NCBI GenBank assembly: GCA_964415025.1
Contig: CAYPXF010000002.1
Coordinates: forward strand, 11,825 to 75,824
Direction: 5' to 3'
DNA length: 64,000 bases
From: an uncultured Gammaproteobacteria bacterium
GTDB taxonomy: Bacteria; Patescibacteriota; Patescibacteriia; UBA10025; JAHIVO01
In this document: positions 61,913 through 64,000 of the stretch, in pieces
Layout of the letters: each line of letters opens with the position of its first letter
How positions within the stretch are numbered: position 1 is the stretch's first letter
Notes under the pieces: model-generated
Told to the model about the DNA's origin: nothing
The model's input: only the letters and a program-made list of their open reading frames with translations
The model's database searches: none
Position numbers and translations under genes: made by a program

Positions 61913-62488
61913 CTAGTTTTTTTGAGTATACAATGTATGTATTCTTTTATTAAAACTCTTATTGCCATATATAGGCATAATATCAAAAACCGCGTCCCAG
62001 TCGATGTGCGACAGATTATCGAAGTAATAATTGCGCTGTAAATAGGCCGTATCCAAAAATGCTCTTTCTAAACTCGCAATATAATAATTCTCTTTTTTTA
62101 TCACGCCTTTAGAATTTGTTAGGATAGAATCTTTTATTCGTCGGTATATAAATAATTGCCCTCGTACGTGCACCTCCCTGGAAATATATGAAGCGGCGAA
62201 TATCTGGCTATACTTTTGGAACACGGCACCCTCTGAGCCTAAAACGGTCTCAAAACTGATATAGGAAGGAGTGTAGATTTTAGTTGCAAGCTCAATTGCA
62301 TTATACTTCTCATCCTTAGCATAAATTCCCCTACGCAATCGAATTAACTGACCTTTTTTAACGTATTTTCTAAGTCTTTCCCGTGCGGATGATTCATTTT
62401 TTTCGCCCCATAACAAGGAAATGTCCTTTGTTGAAAAGATGGTTTGGGGAGACCTCAGAAGGGTGTTTAAATATTGACCTTTTTTCAT
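61913..62488 (-). CDS. abiEi: AbiEi-family antitoxin/transcriptional regulator
   Basis: About 190 aa with an N-terminal wHTH-like region. Immediately upstream of abiEii. A 6-bp inverted repeat GTCACC-TTTAT-GGTGAC lies in its promoter region. Confidence 0.7.
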   Translation of the reverse strand: MKKGQYLNTLLRSPQTIFSTKDISLLWGEKNESSARERLRKYVKKGQLIRLRRGIYAKDEKYNAIELATKIYTPSYISFETVLGSEGAVFQKYSQIFAASYISREVHVRGQLFIYRRIKDSILTNSKGVIKKENYYIASLERAFLDTAYLQRNYYFDNLSHIDWDAVFDIMPIYGNKSFNKRIHTLYTQKN

Positions 62489-62561
62489 ATATATGCTATT
62501 TCTCTACTGTATGTCACCTTTATGGTGACTTCCAGTATAAATATTAGCATATTTTCAATAT

Positions 62562-62681
62562 TTATGCAACCATACCCTGGCCGAGCTTCTGCAGTTCACG
62601 CCGCACATACGGCATCCAGTGGTCGTGGTTTGTCCCGCCGCCATTGCCGTGGATGATGATGGCTTTTTGTGGTTGGGGCAT
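62562..62681 (-). pseudogene. 39-codon N-terminal fragment of a YdeN-like alpha/beta-hydrolase gene
   Basis: MPQPQKAIIIHGNGGGTNHDHWMPYVRRELQKLGQGMVA then a stop. It lacks the nucleophile-elbow region. Confidence 0.35.
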
Positions 62682-62723
62682 GATGAGAAATATATATTAT
62701 TGTGACTAAAAATGCAGAGGACG

Positions 62724-63143
62724 CTATTTGATCTGGTCTGCTAATATTTTTCTGATTCCCTCTGGATATAGAGTAAGCGCACTCAAATCTTTCACCGGAT
62801 GCCATTCTAATATATACCGATTCCGGTCAGTCATTCGCCCGAGCTCCTCTCCGCCGAGCGTCACGGTACCTGCGGTAATGTGACAAAGATATAGGCGGTG
62901 GGTCCGTTGGTCATTGGGCCAGTCATTATACACTTCACCCAGTTTCTCAGTAATCTGCACGTCGACACTGGCCTCCTCTCGTATTTCACGTACCAATGTC
63001 TGCTCGCTGGTCTCGCCGTCCTCCATGCTGCCGCCGGGTAATATATAATACTCCCGGCCTTCCTGGATCCTATGCATGAGCAGTACATTGTTGTTTTCGA
63101 TAATAACGGCGGATGAACGCCAGGGGTATTTGTGTTTTGTCAT
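62724..63143 (-). CDS. NUDIX hydrolase
   Basis: Nudix box GGSMEDGETSEQTLVREIREEASV. The start ATG lies 6 nt from a TATACT box. Confidence 0.8.
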   Translation of the reverse strand: MTKHKYPWRSSAVIIENNNVLLMHRIQEGREYYILPGGSMEDGETSEQTLVREIREEASVDVQITEKLGEVYNDWPNDQRTHRLYLCHITAGTVTLGGEELGRMTDRNRYILEWHPVKDLSALTLYPEGIRKILADQIK

Positions 63144-63271
63144 GATGTCAGTATACCAAAACCCAGCACCCAATGACCATACTAACTTCTAAAAACTAAC
63201 AACCAAAAACCGCCCTCGCACCCGGAGTGGTGCAGGAAGGACTTAGAGTATGGTGAAAAATGTGCCCTATA

Positions 63272-64000
63272 TCACACCAATTCCCCCTCAAACGCCTTCT
63301 GCAAAATAGATTGCTTTAACTCCTTCATATCCTCCGCGGTCTGCTGCTGCAGTACCTGCAATTTTTTTGCTTTTTCGGAAAGTGAATCTAAATACGCCAC
63401 AATCTTTTTTTGTTCGGGAAGGGGCGGGAGTGGAAATATAAGCTTTTTTAGTTTTGTTCCGTTTACATTAGGTTGTGCACCGCCAACTTTTTGACCCACG
63501 ATTTGATCCCAATAGTACGGTGATTGGAAAAAGTAGTATAGGAATTCAGCGAAACATTTTTGCTTATCTACTACGGCTCGAATTAAATAAGATGCAAAAA
63601 TTGCGTTTTGTGGTGGACTGGTAATTAAATAGCTTTTGCCAACGGTTGCGCCCGTTCTCGCAAACACAATATCCCCTTCGCGCAATTTATAACTTTCAAT
63701 ATCTTTACAATCGCAGTACGGAACGGAATCCCAATTCACATGACTATTTTGGATGTCAGTAATTCGAAGCAATCGAGAATTGCCCGACTGCTTTGCTGAA
63801 GCCGTATAACCATATTGTACCTGCTTAGTTACTTCGTTTACTGTCTGCTCCCTCCACCCCTTCTGTCTCCCCTTTTCAAAAATCTGGTACAGGGCGGCGG
63901 GGATGAGGGCGCTGGCGTCTGTCGACGCTTCTTCGCGTAGCTTTTGGGCTTCGTCAATTTTCCCAAAAAGCTCCTCAATTTTCTTTACAATTTTTTTCTG
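63272..64000 (-). CDS. hsdS: Type I restriction-modification specificity subunit HsdS; C-terminal part only, the gene runs off the window end
   Basis: A TRD followed by the conserved LPPLPEQKKIVAYLD repeat. Manual translation beyond 63772 continues in frame through a second QKKIVKKIEELFGKIDEAQKLREEA block with no stop up to 64000. Confidence 0.75.
   Translation of the reverse strand, partial: QKKIVKKIEELFGKIDEAQKLREEASTDASALIPAALYQIFEKGRQKGWREQTVNEVTKQVQYGYTASAKQSGNSRLLRITDIQNSHVNWDSVPYCDCKDIESYKLREGDIVFARTGATVGKSYLITSPPQNAIFASYLIRAVVDKQKCFAEFLYYFFQSPYYWDQIVGQKVGGAQPNVNGTKLKKLIFPLPPLPEQKKIVAYLDSLSEKAKKLQVLQQQTAEDMKELKQSILQKAFEGELV

Overview
This 64 kb window comes from a small-genome bacterium with about 47% GC. 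The short ThrRS, the many genes without a Shine-Dalgarno sequence, leaderless -10 to ATG starts and the basic tails on ribosomal proteins suggest a CPR/Patescibacteria-like lineage, but the phylum cannot be determined from sequence alone.

The first ~47 kb is mostly core housekeeping, with a few accessory insertions. From the window start:
- yaaT, tsf and rpsB on the minus strand, then rpmE, prfA and prmC on the plus strand.
- Two tandem DUF3048 membrane proteins, rplY, a SEDS-family FtsW/RodA, dnaE, and a short-form thrS.
- miaB and miaA, hpf, gatB, and a sigma-70 factor.
- A minus-strand nucleotide-metabolism cluster: tmk, folA, a frameshifted yjjX-like ITPase, thyA, dut and dCMP deaminase.
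- The secE-nusG-rplK-rplA cluster, with an internally duplicated 4-TM membrane protein inserted between rplK and rplA.
- gyrB, a CaCA antiporter, and pheT-pheS.
- A RelE-like toxin with an HTH-Panacea antitoxin.
- A 4.1 kb UvrD/PcrA helicase-nuclease carrying a 365-aa intein in motif III.

From about 47 kb to the end, the window reads as an accessory or defence-like island.
- Toxin-antitoxin and abortive-infection genes: a PIN toxin, HigB/HigA and AbiEi/AbiEii.
- Mobile-element remnant: a decayed COG1943/IS200-like transposase.
- A three-gene operon: a Cas4-like PD-(D/E)XK nuclease, a small alarmone hydrolase, and a pyruvate kinase core fused to a LOG domain.
- A MerR-HTH/GHKL-ATPase plus STAS-like pair bracketed by ~90 bp direct repeats.
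- Other genes: greA, a YgjP metallohydrolase, a GIY-YIG protein, a B12-binding radical SAM enzyme and a NUDIX hydrolase.
- A Type I R-M HsdS gene that runs off the window end.
- Duplicated gene fragments: a NUDIX 5' end, a Cas4-like 3' end and an alpha/beta-hydrolase N-terminus.
- A recurring TATACT/TACAAT, 6 nt, ATG promoter-start module.

I found no rRNA, no CRISPR array and no convincing tRNA. A perfect sigma-70 consensus promoter drives a structured non-coding RNA candidate upstream of thrS; it carries a T-box-like GGGUGGAACCG element and a Thr codon ACC in a 7-nt hairpin loop.
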